Positions 19,801-27,921 of a stretch of DNA of 64,000 bases are shown one piece after another. The stretch comes from a bacterium (GTDB lineage: Bacteria > UBA8248 > JACPRG01 > G963555815): positions 416,001 to 480,000 of the forward strand of contig CAUVWX020000001.1 in the NCBI GenBank assembly GCA_963555815.3, read 5' to 3'. The notes below the pieces were generated by a model, which worked only from the letters and a program-made list of their open reading frames with translations, was not told the DNA's origin and searched no databases. The first letter of the stretch is position 1; each line of letters begins with the position of its first letter. The translations under genes and the position numbers were made by a program.

Positions 19801-21449
19801 TGGAAGGGAGCTTCCGCGAATACGTACTATTCATGAACGACCGCAACCAGATGACCGGGAGCACGTTCAACCTTCGAGCCGAGCCGCTGCGCGCCGACAC
19901 CAAGCGCGGCCAGGGCCCAACCCACCTGGCGCTCAGCAGCGTCATGCACGGCGACCCGGCGACCCCGGTGCTCCGGTCCTACGTGGGCGACCCCATCCTG
20001 TTCAGGTTGCTCACTTCGGCGACCGAGGAGATTCACCCGTTCCACATCACCGGACACCATTTCCGGCAAGAACGTTTTCAGGGGAACTCGCCCCCGCTGA
20101 CCGTCTTCGGGGTGGGGATTTCGGAGCGGTTCAACGCCTACGTCGAGGCGGCCGGAGGCGCGGCCCGAAAGGCCGGCGACTACCTCTATTACAACGGTTC
20201 AGAGCGCCACTTCCGGGAGGGGAGCTGGGGGATCCTCAGGGTGCACGACACCCTGCAGGCTAACCTGCAGCCGCTGCCGGGTCGGGAGCCGCCATCCGGA
20301 CAGGGCTTCCCCCTCCTCACCTTTACAGGAGAGGCGCCACCGAGGGCTACGGACCCGGGCAACCCGTGTGTCGCCGGAGCCCCCCACCAGACCTTTAACG
20401 TATCCGCCATCGATCAGAGGCTCGTGTTCAACGCCGACGCGGGGTTGGGGATACCCACGGGCCGCATCTACGTACTCGATCAGGACCTAGAGGCCGTTCA
20501 AAGCGGCGCTAGGCGGCCTGAGCCCCTCGTGATCAGGGCCAACGCCGGCGACTGCATCACCGTGAGCTTCACCAACCGTTCCAGCCAGCCGGCTTCCTTC
20601 CACGTGGACAGCCCCACCTTCGATCCGCAAGGGTCCCTGGGGATCACCCTGGGCTACAACCCCGATCAGGTGGCCCTCCCCGGTGAGCACATCAACTACA
20701 CCTTCTACGCCGAAGACGAGCTTGGGGTTGTGCTCGCCCGAGACTTCGGCAACCTCTTCCGAAACGCTCGGGAAGGGCTCTACGGGGCGCTCGTCGTGGA
20801 GCCCGAGGGCTCGACCTATCACGATCCCTACACTGGCGAACCCCTCGAGAGCGGGGTCGCGGCGGTGATCCAGAATCCGAACACGCCCGACTTCCGGGAG
20901 TTTGTCACCGTGTTTCAGGACAACGACCCGGACATCGGCCTGTTCCTCATGCCCTACGACCAGGACGTGAACAAGCTGGTGGGGATCAACTACCGAGCCG
21001 AGCCTCTCACCCTGCGCCTCGCCCTGATGGGGATGCTCCTCGACGCAGACCCGCTGAGGCCTGAAGACTTCAAGATGGCCTCATCGCTCTACGACAGCAG
21101 CGTGTTCGGAGAGCCGGCGACCAACGTCTTTGAGACGTTTGGTGGTGATCCCGTGCGCTTCCGAGTGGTCAGCGGATACAGCGAACAGTCCCAAGTGTTC
21201 TCTGTGGAGGGGCACCAGTGGCAGCTCACGCCGCAGATCAAGGGCTCCGACGTCGTCAGTTCGCGTTATCTTCCGCCGACCGGCGTACTCAACGCTAACC
21301 TGATGGCCACGGGTGGCCCGCAGGGCCGTCCGGGCGACTACAAGTGGGGCAACCACCGACTTCCCTTTGAGAAGGCGGGCCAGTGGGGGCTCATGCGAGT
21401 TTATGGGCCGGGGACCGACACCCGGCTGAGACCTTTATCGGACCGATGA
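16839..21449 (+). CDS. Large six-domain multicopper oxidase, MnxG-like, N-terminally anchored
   Basis: FHVHG, HSH, HVPHLH, HCHVASHYISGM, HIHFVQFD...SDG, FHDH in MnxG-type order; three-fold internal repeat; hydrophobic N-terminus. Confidence 0.88.
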   Translation: MKPVRKILPLLGVAVWLGIILAVSIGIIGSKKQLDEALAARGLTLAQPLERKLERIIAEETGYEISSHERSEGPSLMASFDEHESVLFSPVSCPANAPVKTYDLASINVTIILNRWGDRDPLGYMYAVRDHLPAIRAQETTGEDGNFGLGLGVGGDAIQPLTIRGNVGDCVRISLINELDEPASFHVHGADLILAATGEPALSTNSDSMAMPGEKIIYEWYIDPEHYTENTHYVHSHGAKARFQAGHGLFGAFIVEPAGSEYLDNQTGQPLCNRNGNGDALECGNSWDAMISPGDGSSDFREFTMFYHEIGNAQFAAADKEGVPLPSIDPVLNSYKPSGRAINYRSESFFRRMGEIDEQVPFYKEWKHDEAEAYSSYVFGDPAMPVPQSYVGDPVKYRLLHGGSETFHVPHLHGGGIQWQRQSDVGKEDGASDFVPIDEGLRKHFENTMASSGNDSQTIGPSESYELEIGCGSGGCQQTVGDFLFHCHVASHYISGMWHFWRVYNTLQDDVGKTDELAVVAELPDRQGGMEHAVTSTELIGQTVTFSGRDMTVNESLLHTLVQLQLPPQGITTHEQDASVMDWAVDETLYLNEPETRYSWPNFTSPNPGERFALKFNPATAKLAFPFLRPHLGKRPPFAPHHGPAPFLEPFNHPETIPEVVAGDTPKLAGDTAELVELVSDDSSTDDSAFEVAQTRNREVLHPLLTGHSEPAHPGLNGEYSLCPQGAPLRFYNIHAIQTPIPVNAVTLDSDGMIMVLKENEERARNNPDFKVPIAIRANQGDCVDIFFTNELDGTDKDHKGLPNLMKTNIHIHFVQFDTQASDGVITGQSYEQAPRPFTAPGMSAKIQEVATRGSVRLSVNDASLFHPGSTVAVGIDEQTDILETAVIEAISGNELIFRRPLRNDHVPGELVSNEFVRYRWYVARQNGAIYFHDHVDALNRWGHGLFGALIAEPTGSTYHDPKTGEEILSGPIADIRLDPNRGVLPGLEGSFREYVLFMNDRNQMTGSTFNLRAEPLRADTKRGQGPTHLALSSVMHGDPATPVLRSYVGDPILFRLLTSATEEIHPFHITGHHFRQERFQGNSPPLTVFGVGISERFNAYVEAAGGAARKAGDYLYYNGSERHFREGSWGILRVHDTLQANLQPLPGREPPSGQGFPLLTFTGEAPPRATDPGNPCVAGAPHQTFNVSAIDQRLVFNADAGLGIPTGRIYVLDQDLEAVQSGARRPEPLVIRANAGDCITVSFTNRSSQPASFHVDSPTFDPQGSLGITLGYNPDQVALPGEHINYTFYAEDELGVVLARDFGNLFRNAREGLYGALVVEPEGSTYHDPYTGEPLESGVAAVIQNPNTPDFREFVTVFQDNDPDIGLFLMPYDQDVNKLVGINYRAEPLTLRLALMGMLLDADPLRPEDFKMASSLYDSSVFGEPATNVFETFGGDPVRFRVVSGYSEQSQVFSVEGHQWQLTPQIKGSDVVSSRYLPPTGVLNANLMATGGPQGRPGDYKWGNHRLPFEKAGQWGLMRVYGPGTDTRLRPLSDR
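18822..18863 (+). repeat. Imperfect 21-bp tandem duplication inside the oxidase (AGDTPKL/AGDTAEL)
   Basis: GCTGGCGATACCCCGAAACTG followed by GCTGGCGACACAGCGGAACTA. Confidence 0.7.
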
Positions 21450-21486
21450 TCCACTGGCGCCATCGAGTGTGCCAAAGGGGGCGATA

Positions 21487-23595
21487 ATGAGGACATTGCG
21501 TGGGCATTTCAAGGGTGGCGGGGTGTGGAAGTCCTGGGGGGTGTTGTTGTTATTGACCCTGACGGCTTGTGCGCCCACCTTATTGCCGGACTCAGTGGAC
21601 CCGGTTTTGAGTCACAAGATGGGCAGGGAGATTCGGGTCCCTCACACGACGCCGGCCTATGAAGGGAAGCCCATGCTTCACGCCAGCGAGCTGACGATGA
21701 CGCCGCTGTTGGAGACGGATAGTGCCACGGGGTGGGAAATCGAGGGTCTTCGCGATCCCCTTCAGGACATTGAGTTGGCCATGACGCGTCTTCTCGTGGT
21801 GGCTCGGGCGTCCGGTGACCAGCCGGTTGAGGATCTGAGCGCTGCCGAGGAGATGCTGGCCATCCTCCTTGGCACGACCGAGGGCCGGGTCTACGACGGT
21901 TTTCCTCTCTTGAACTATAACCCGGGCGCCCTTGTGGCCGACCAGGTCCCGGACGAGTACAAGATGAAGCGTCTGGTGGACACGGGCGAGACCGTTCGCA
22001 GCCAGATCGATGGTGAGCTCCACAAGGTGTGGGAGGTGACCATCAACATGCTCTGGTACGGCCACAACTTCGACTCAGACACCTTCCTCCTTCGCGTCCC
22101 CTATGAGGCTCAACTCTACGACGAGTTCCGCATCAACTGGCGGATATACTCGCTCATTCAGGAGGATATCGCCCCGACCACGATTCTCAACGACGGCTTT
22201 GGCCGGATCTTTCACGGTCTGGACAGCACCTTCACGAGCGTTCCGGCAGAGACCCTTGCTGAGATGACGATCAAATACCCCTCTCTCATCCACTTCAAGG
22301 GCATGTACACCTGGGGCTGGGGCGTGCACCCGCCTCGGGTCCAGTTCCTTCAGCCGGTCTTTGAGGATTCCCCTGACGGCGAGCTGAACCCGGCGGGTGA
22401 GTCCTTCGCGACGCGGACCCGAGAGAATCTGACCATTGAGAACATCGGCGAGGCGGCCCCCGAGAAGAAGGCCTACCGGGTCGCCACGGCGGCCATGGAG
22501 GGCGCCACCGGCAGCGAGATCGCCGCCATGCTCATGGACCCCGACGTGGCCCCTTCTGGGACCTTTCGGGAGTGGACCCGGCTCGCGGCCGATCTTCGTC
22601 AGCTGCCCCCTGAGGCATGGGAAGTCCTTCAGGAGGAGGAGGGGATAGGTCGCGACGAATACGGGGACTACGACATCATCCTGGCCTACCTAAACAACGA
22701 GATCTACGGCGTGACCCCTTACGCCCAGGTCGGGACCGAGGCCAAGGGCGCCGTGGTCCGTGACTGGGAGCAAGGGGGGTCCTTTAAGGTCAAGATCATC
22801 AACCTGGACAACATGGTCCACTACTACCGAAACGTGGACTTCGGCGACCAGCTCCCCAACGAGGCGGCCAGGACCTTTGGCAACGGCAGCTTCAGCTTCG
22901 GGAAGTTCAACGCCAAGCCCACCTATGGGGTGCCCAAGGTGGCCGAGATGCAGTGGCGAACCGGTTGGGGGTTTGTCCCCCACGCCGGGATCAATGCCCA
23001 AGCGGGGGTCTTCCCACGGGAAGAGGACCAGGCACTCCTGACCCCCTTCACTGATCAGCTCGGTAAGACTCACCCGGGCTACATCTTCAAGCGCGTGAGC
23101 GGTTACTGGCGTTTCAATCCGCCGGCGAAGATCAGAGAGGGTGCGAACATCCCCGCGGGCGATCCCCTTCGGGACGCCGACGGAGAGGACGGGGTCCTCA
23201 TCAGCTTTGACGCAGAGGCCTTTGGCGTCGCCAAGATGCCCAAAGGGGCCATCATCACCCACCCCTACTCCGACACCTTCCCCGAGCTTCGCTTCCCGGG
23301 CTTCTTGAGGAACCCAAACGGGGGCGGGGACATCATCCCCCCGACCCGCATCTGGGCCCCCTTCCTCACCATGAACCCAGAGACCGGAACCCTGAAGGCG
23401 CCCGACGGACGCTACTGGGTCGACTACACCTACTTCCACGGAAGGCCCGTCGACGGCAACAGCTCCATCACCGCCAACGTAGAGGCACCCAGAGCGGGGG
23501 CACAACTCTTCTACCAGTTCGACCCCCTCTTCCACGACAACATGATCTTCTCCTACCACCCACGCTCTGACGCAGTCTCTACCAACCTGAGATAA
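21487..23595 (+). CDS. Predicted lipoprotein of unknown function (~702 aa)
   Basis: Long ORF with strong C/G third-position bias; signal peptide ending LLLLTLTA-C lipobox; AAGGGGG before ATG 21487 (alternative GTG 21469). Confidence 0.85.
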   Translation: MRTLRGHFKGGGVWKSWGVLLLLTLTACAPTLLPDSVDPVLSHKMGREIRVPHTTPAYEGKPMLHASELTMTPLLETDSATGWEIEGLRDPLQDIELAMTRLLVVARASGDQPVEDLSAAEEMLAILLGTTEGRVYDGFPLLNYNPGALVADQVPDEYKMKRLVDTGETVRSQIDGELHKVWEVTINMLWYGHNFDSDTFLLRVPYEAQLYDEFRINWRIYSLIQEDIAPTTILNDGFGRIFHGLDSTFTSVPAETLAEMTIKYPSLIHFKGMYTWGWGVHPPRVQFLQPVFEDSPDGELNPAGESFATRTRENLTIENIGEAAPEKKAYRVATAAMEGATGSEIAAMLMDPDVAPSGTFREWTRLAADLRQLPPEAWEVLQEEEGIGRDEYGDYDIILAYLNNEIYGVTPYAQVGTEAKGAVVRDWEQGGSFKVKIINLDNMVHYYRNVDFGDQLPNEAARTFGNGSFSFGKFNAKPTYGVPKVAEMQWRTGWGFVPHAGINAQAGVFPREEDQALLTPFTDQLGKTHPGYIFKRVSGYWRFNPPAKIREGANIPAGDPLRDADGEDGVLISFDAEAFGVAKMPKGAIITHPYSDTFPELRFPGFLRNPNGGGDIIPPTRIWAPFLTMNPETGTLKAPDGRYWVDYTYFHGRPVDGNSSITANVEAPRAGAQLFYQFDPLFHDNMIFSYHPRSDAVSTNLR

Positions 23596-23610
23596 TCAAC
23601 CTACACACAC

Positions 23611-23644
23611 GAGGGCCCGAAAGGTTTTATCCTTTCGGGCCCTC
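23611..23644 (+). terminator. Terminator-like hairpin after the lipoprotein gene
   Basis: Perfect 14-bp inverted repeat GAGGGCCCGAAAGG-TTTTAT-CCTTTCGGGCCCTC; no clear U-tract. Confidence 0.65.
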
Positions 23645-23849
23645 TGCACCCCCTGACTGCTCCTTATAGAAAACATAAAAACGGTTCTGGATCTGTGCGA
23701 AAGGGTTGAAGACGCTCGCGATTTCGCCTGGCGGGGAGAACGCACTACCCGGGGCTGAGGCCACGAGGAAAAAAACTCCTCGGGGCGATGTCTTTAACGT
23801 CGGGATTCTCAAGGACTGATCAAAAAAGGGGTCTGCCCTGCGGTCGCCT

Positions 23850-24983
23850 CTATTGCCGTTGGGGCTGCGGTAGCTCGGCCAACGTCACATCGACATCCCC
23901 CCGCTGGACGTCCCCCTGCCCGTCGCCCCGGACGATCTCAAGGGTGACGGTCTCGCCGACGTCTCTGTCTGCCACCCACCGCGGAAACACCCTGGGGTCC
24001 TCAAGGAGATCCTGGTTCATGCTCAAGATCACGTCGCCGCAACGAAGGCCCGCCTGGTCAGCGGGGCTATTTCGGATGACCTCTCTGATGAGGGCTCCTT
24101 GAGACCCTTCTTCGAGGCCAAGGGACGTCGCCAGGCCCGGGGTCAAGCTCTCGATCTGAACGCCGAGAAAGGCCCTGACCACCCGGCCATGGGTCCGAAG
24201 CTGTTCCACCACATTTCTGGCGAGATTGATGGGGATGGCAAACCCGATCCCCTCTCCTAGGCCCTTGATCGTGTTAATGCCGACCACCTCCCCTTCGGCA
24301 TTGAATAGGGGACCGCCGCTATTTCCAGGGTTGATAGAGGCGTCGGTCTGGATGAAGTCGTCGTAGGGGCCTGCACCGATGACCCTCCCCTTGGCGCTGA
24401 CGATGCCCGCCGTCACTGTGTGGCCAAGCCCGAAGGGGTTTCCGATGGCGATGACCCATTCGCCGACCTTGAGGACGTCAGAATCTCCCAGGGCCGCAGG
24501 GGTTAGGGACTGGTCAGGCCGGATTCGAAGGAGGGCGAGATCTGTTCGAGGGTCTGTCCCCACCACCTCGGCGTCAACAAAGGATCCATCAGCAAGGCGG
24601 ACCCCCACCTGAGAGGCCCCCTCGATGACGTGATGATTGGTGATGATCTCCCCATCAGAGCTAATGATAAAGCCGGACCCACGGCTCTGCCCCTCAAGAA
24701 TCCGTGGGGGGAGCGCACGCCCTCCCTCCTGGAAAAATCGCTCGAAGAATTCAAAGGGGTCTCCCGGCGGGGGCTCTTGGATTTGGTAAGTGGCAGTGAT
24801 GTTGACCACGCTCGGTTGAAGCGCCTCGGCAAGCTCTACAAATCCAGGCAGGGCCAGGACCGCTCCCTCCACCCCCCTGGTCAGCCAAGCCCCCCCGGCG
24901 AGCACCCAGAAGGCTGCCAATAGACAGACCACGCGGATCGCGGGCCGTCTACCCAGCTGCCTTGCCCTCTCTCTCCTCCACAC
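23850..24983 (-). CDS. DegP/HtrA (Do) family serine protease with one PDZ domain
   Basis: GSGFII, TNHHV, DLAL, IQTDASINPGNSGGPL, C-terminal PDZ. Confidence 0.92.
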   Translation of the reverse strand: MWRRERARQLGRRPAIRVVCLLAAFWVLAGGAWLTRGVEGAVLALPGFVELAEALQPSVVNITATYQIQEPPPGDPFEFFERFFQEGGRALPPRILEGQSRGSGFIISSDGEIITNHHVIEGASQVGVRLADGSFVDAEVVGTDPRTDLALLRIRPDQSLTPAALGDSDVLKVGEWVIAIGNPFGLGHTVTAGIVSAKGRVIGAGPYDDFIQTDASINPGNSGGPLFNAEGEVVGINTIKGLGEGIGFAIPINLARNVVEQLRTHGRVVRAFLGVQIESLTPGLATSLGLEEGSQGALIREVIRNSPADQAGLRCGDVILSMNQDLLEDPRVFPRWVADRDVGETVTLEIVRGDGQGDVQRGDVDVTLAELPQPQRQ

Positions 24984-25239
24984 GCCTTCAGGATCATTAC
25001 ACCCCCCTTGGGCTCACTGCCTCTACCGCAAGAAAGAAAACTGAACCTGTCCCAAGACTGATAGACTTTATGGTCCATCATAGAGAGACGGTCCAATAAA
25101 TTAAGACCTCTGCTCTTCTCTTGATAACAAGATACCGACCATGCTAATTTCCTAGGGGGGGTGTCTGGACGGCCAGCCGTGGTAGACCCTGTCGGGTTGC
25201 AAGCTTCCCTTTGGAGAAAGGTGGATTTACATCCAACCG

Positions 25240-25908
25240 ATGACCCCGCGGTCCCGAAGGGCAGTGCCGCAAGGGACCCCTTCTCACCATACGGTCAGGG
25301 AGAGGGGACGCCGATTGGGCCTTGGCGAATCCACCCAAGGAAGGCTTCCGGCCGCCCGTCTCTCTAAGGCAGCCCAGCCAGTTTCCATCCTCGGCATCGA
25401 CCCCGGCCTTTCCATCACTGGCTACGGGTTCATCCGGCCCTCCTCGGTGGGGGCGAAGCCCCTCAGGGGGAGTCCCGAGGCACAGTGCGTTGAGGCGGGG
25501 GTCATCAAGAGCAAACCGGGCCAACCCTTGGAGGCGAGGCTCGTCGAGATCTACCGGGGTCTTGAAGAAGTTCTTTCTGATCTCAAACCCTCTGTCGTCG
25601 CCGTAGAGGCCCTCTATTCCCATGGAGTCCACCCCCGGACAGCCATCCAAATGGGTCACGTGAGAGGGGTCATTTTTTGCCTGGCGGGGCTCTTTGGGAT
25701 CCCCATCACCGGCTACGGGGCCACCCAGGTGAAGAAATCCCTCACCGGGAGCGGGCACGCCAGCAAATCCCGAATACAGCGAGCAGTCCAGATGGCCCTG
25801 GCCCTTCGGGCCACACCCGAGCCCCCGGACGTGGCCGACGCCCTTGCCGTCGCCCTGTGCCACCTGGATACCCTGAAAGGGCCCCCTGGCCTTTCCGGAA
25901 ACTCATGA
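25240..25908 (+). CDS. ruvC: Holliday junction resolvase; start uncertain
   Basis: ILGIDPG..ITGYG, VE, GH.RGV, VKKSLTG.G.ASK, DVADALAVALCH. Confidence 0.92.
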   Translation: MTPRSRRAVPQGTPSHHTVRERGRRLGLGESTQGRLPAARLSKAAQPVSILGIDPGLSITGYGFIRPSSVGAKPLRGSPEAQCVEAGVIKSKPGQPLEARLVEIYRGLEEVLSDLKPSVVAVEALYSHGVHPRTAIQMGHVRGVIFCLAGLFGIPITGYGATQVKKSLTGSGHASKSRIQRAVQMALALRATPEPPDVADALAVALCHLDTLKGPPGLSGNS

Positions 25909-26573
25909 TCGCCCAAGTCACCGGCGTCATTGATCAGGTTGAGGACCGATCGGTCCTCCTTCGGGTTGCCGGGCTCTCTTATGAGATCCTCGTCCCGGCC
26001 TCTCTCGTGGAATATCTGCGAAGACACCAGATGAACCACCCGGGAGGCTCCATCACACTCCACACCATTTACTACCTTGAGGGTGGGGTGGGGATGGGGA
26101 ACCTTTTCCCCCGTCTGCTTGGCTTTCTCAACCCAAAGGATCGGGACTTCTTCGAGCTATTTACGCGGGTACCAGGGATCGGGATAAAGCGAGCCCTTCG
26201 GTGCCTGGCCCTACCCATCCGTCGGATCGCCTGTGCGATTGAAGAGGGAGATGTAGGGAGCCTGATCAGCCTGCCCGAGGTCGGTCGCCGGACGGCCGAG
26301 AAGATCATCGCTGAGCTGAAGGGAAAGATGTATGAGTTCGCCCTGAGAAAGGACGAGACCGCCCTGGGGATCTCAGAGACCCTTCCCGACCTTCGGGCCG
26401 AGGCCATTGAGATCTTTCTCCAACTGGGCTATAAAAAATCCGAGGCAGAGATGATCGTCCAGGGCGCCCTAGGGAGGAACCCAAAGTTGGACTCCGTAGA
26501 CGCCCTAGTCCAAGAAGTCTTCAGAGGAGAGAAGCGATCTGAGCCTCCCCAGAACTCCGTCAGCGGGAGTTGA
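25905..26573 (+). CDS. ruvA: Holliday junction branch migration protein
   Basis: MIAQVTG, HhH motifs VPGIG.K.A and LPEVGRRTAEKIIAELK, C-terminal LGY. Confidence 0.9.
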   Translation: MIAQVTGVIDQVEDRSVLLRVAGLSYEILVPASLVEYLRRHQMNHPGGSITLHTIYYLEGGVGMGNLFPRLLGFLNPKDRDFFELFTRVPGIGIKRALRCLALPIRRIACAIEEGDVGSLISLPEVGRRTAEKIIAELKGKMYEFALRKDETALGISETLPDLRAEAIEIFLQLGYKKSEAEMIVQGALGRNPKLDSVDALVQEVFRGEKRSEPPQNSVSGS

Positions 26574-26621
26574 TTGGAAGCATCACTTGGCCCACCCCAG
26601 CCCCTTAAGGGGCTTTTCACC

Positions 26622-27668
26622 ATGAGTCGTCAGCGGATCGTCACGGGGGAGGCCCTCTCGACAGAAGAGGAGGTCTTCCATTACACTCTGCGTCCGAAGA
26701 CTCTCGACGAATTCATCGGCCACCGCCCCCTCGTCGAAAAACTTCGAATCGCCTTAGAGGCAGCCCGCCAGCGAGAAGAGCCCATCGAGCACATCATCTT
26801 CTATGGGCCGCCGGGCTTAGGGAAGACAACCCTCGCCTACATCGCCGCCCACGAGATGAGGGCAGCTCTCGTCACGGCGTCTGCCCCCGCCATCACCCGG
26901 CCTGCGGACCTGATGGGCCTTTTAACAAATCTGGAGACCGGCGGGGTCCTTTTCCTAGACGAGATCCACCGCCTGCCCGTTACCGTCGAGGAATTCCTCT
27001 ACCCGGTCATGGAGGAATTCAAGGTGGATTTCCTCATCGACAAGGGCCCTTTCGCGAAGAAAATCCATATCCCGCTTAAGCCGTTCACCCTGATTGGGGC
27101 CACCACGCGAGCGGGCCTCCTGTCGGCGCCCCTTCGAGCGCGCTTCGGTATCCTTCACCATCTGGACTTTTACCCCCCGGAGGACCTCGCCCAGATCATC
27201 CGTCGCTCGGCAGCCATCCTGAAGATCCGCCTCGACCCCGATGCGGCGACTCTGCTCTCGGAGCGTGCCAGGGGGACCCCCCGGGTGGCCAACCGGCTCC
27301 TTCGCCGCGTTCGGGACTACGCCGAGGTCAAGGGGGACGGGCGGGTCACGCCCGAGGTGGCCGAGAAGGCCCTGGGTCTGGAGGGGATCGACATGGCGGG
27401 GCTTGATGAGCTCGATCGTAAGTTCCTCCGCACGATCCTCGACACTTACCGCGGGGGGCCTGTCGGAATCGAGGCCGTGGCCGCCTCACTGAATGAGGAA
27501 TCAGACACGCTCTGCGAACTGGTGGAACCTTTTCTCCTGAAGTCCGGTCTGCTCTCCCGGACCCGAAACGGTCGTTGCCTCACCGAGGCCGCCCACCACC
27601 ATCTGGGCCAATCGCCTCCACCAGCGGCTCAACCGGACCTCTGGACCCAGGGGAAGAGTTCCGGATAA
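26622..27668 (+). CDS. ruvB: Holliday junction helicase
   Basis: LRPKTLDEFIG, GPPGLGKTT, DEIHRL, GATTRAG, RGTPRVANRLLRRVRD. Confidence 0.96.
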   Translation: MSRQRIVTGEALSTEEEVFHYTLRPKTLDEFIGHRPLVEKLRIALEAARQREEPIEHIIFYGPPGLGKTTLAYIAAHEMRAALVTASAPAITRPADLMGLLTNLETGGVLFLDEIHRLPVTVEEFLYPVMEEFKVDFLIDKGPFAKKIHIPLKPFTLIGATTRAGLLSAPLRARFGILHHLDFYPPEDLAQIIRRSAAILKIRLDPDAATLLSERARGTPRVANRLLRRVRDYAEVKGDGRVTPEVAEKALGLEGIDMAGLDELDRKFLRTILDTYRGGPVGIEAVAASLNEESDTLCELVEPFLLKSGLLSRTRNGRCLTEAAHHHLGQSPPPAAQPDLWTQGKSSG

Positions 27669-27684
27669 TGGAAGGGGCTTGAGG

Positions 27685-27921
27685 ATGTGGCCTCTTGGGA
27701 CACTTGGAAAAGCCCTCATGTTCCTTGGGGCCTTGATCTTCGTCCTGGGTGGTCTGCTGATCCTGGGGGGTAAACTCTCGTCCATTGGAAGGCTGCCGGG
27801 AGATTTCCTCATCCAACGGAAAAATTTTTCCCTCTACTTCCCGCTGGGAACATCCATCCTTCTGAGCATTCTCCTGACCTTTGTCTTATCCCTCCTAGCC
27901 AACTTTTTCCTCAGGAAGTGA
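27685..27921 (+). CDS. DUF2905 small membrane protein
   Basis: GRLPGD...NFSLYFPL.TSILLS; typical neighbour of ruvB. Confidence 0.85.
   Translation: MWPLGTLGKALMFLGALIFVLGGLLILGGKLSSIGRLPGDFLIQRKNFSLYFPLGTSILLSILLTFVLSLLANFFLRK

Noticed and set aside
22690..23559. 289-aa minus-strand ORF within the lipoprotein gene
   Set aside because: Antisense shadow; the plus frame has the codon bias and signal peptide
16554..23619. 10-bp direct repeat CGAGGGCCCG on both sides of the oxidase unit as possible att sites
   Set aside because: Short and GC-rich, one copy is part of the terminator-like stem, and no integrase or tRNA is nearby
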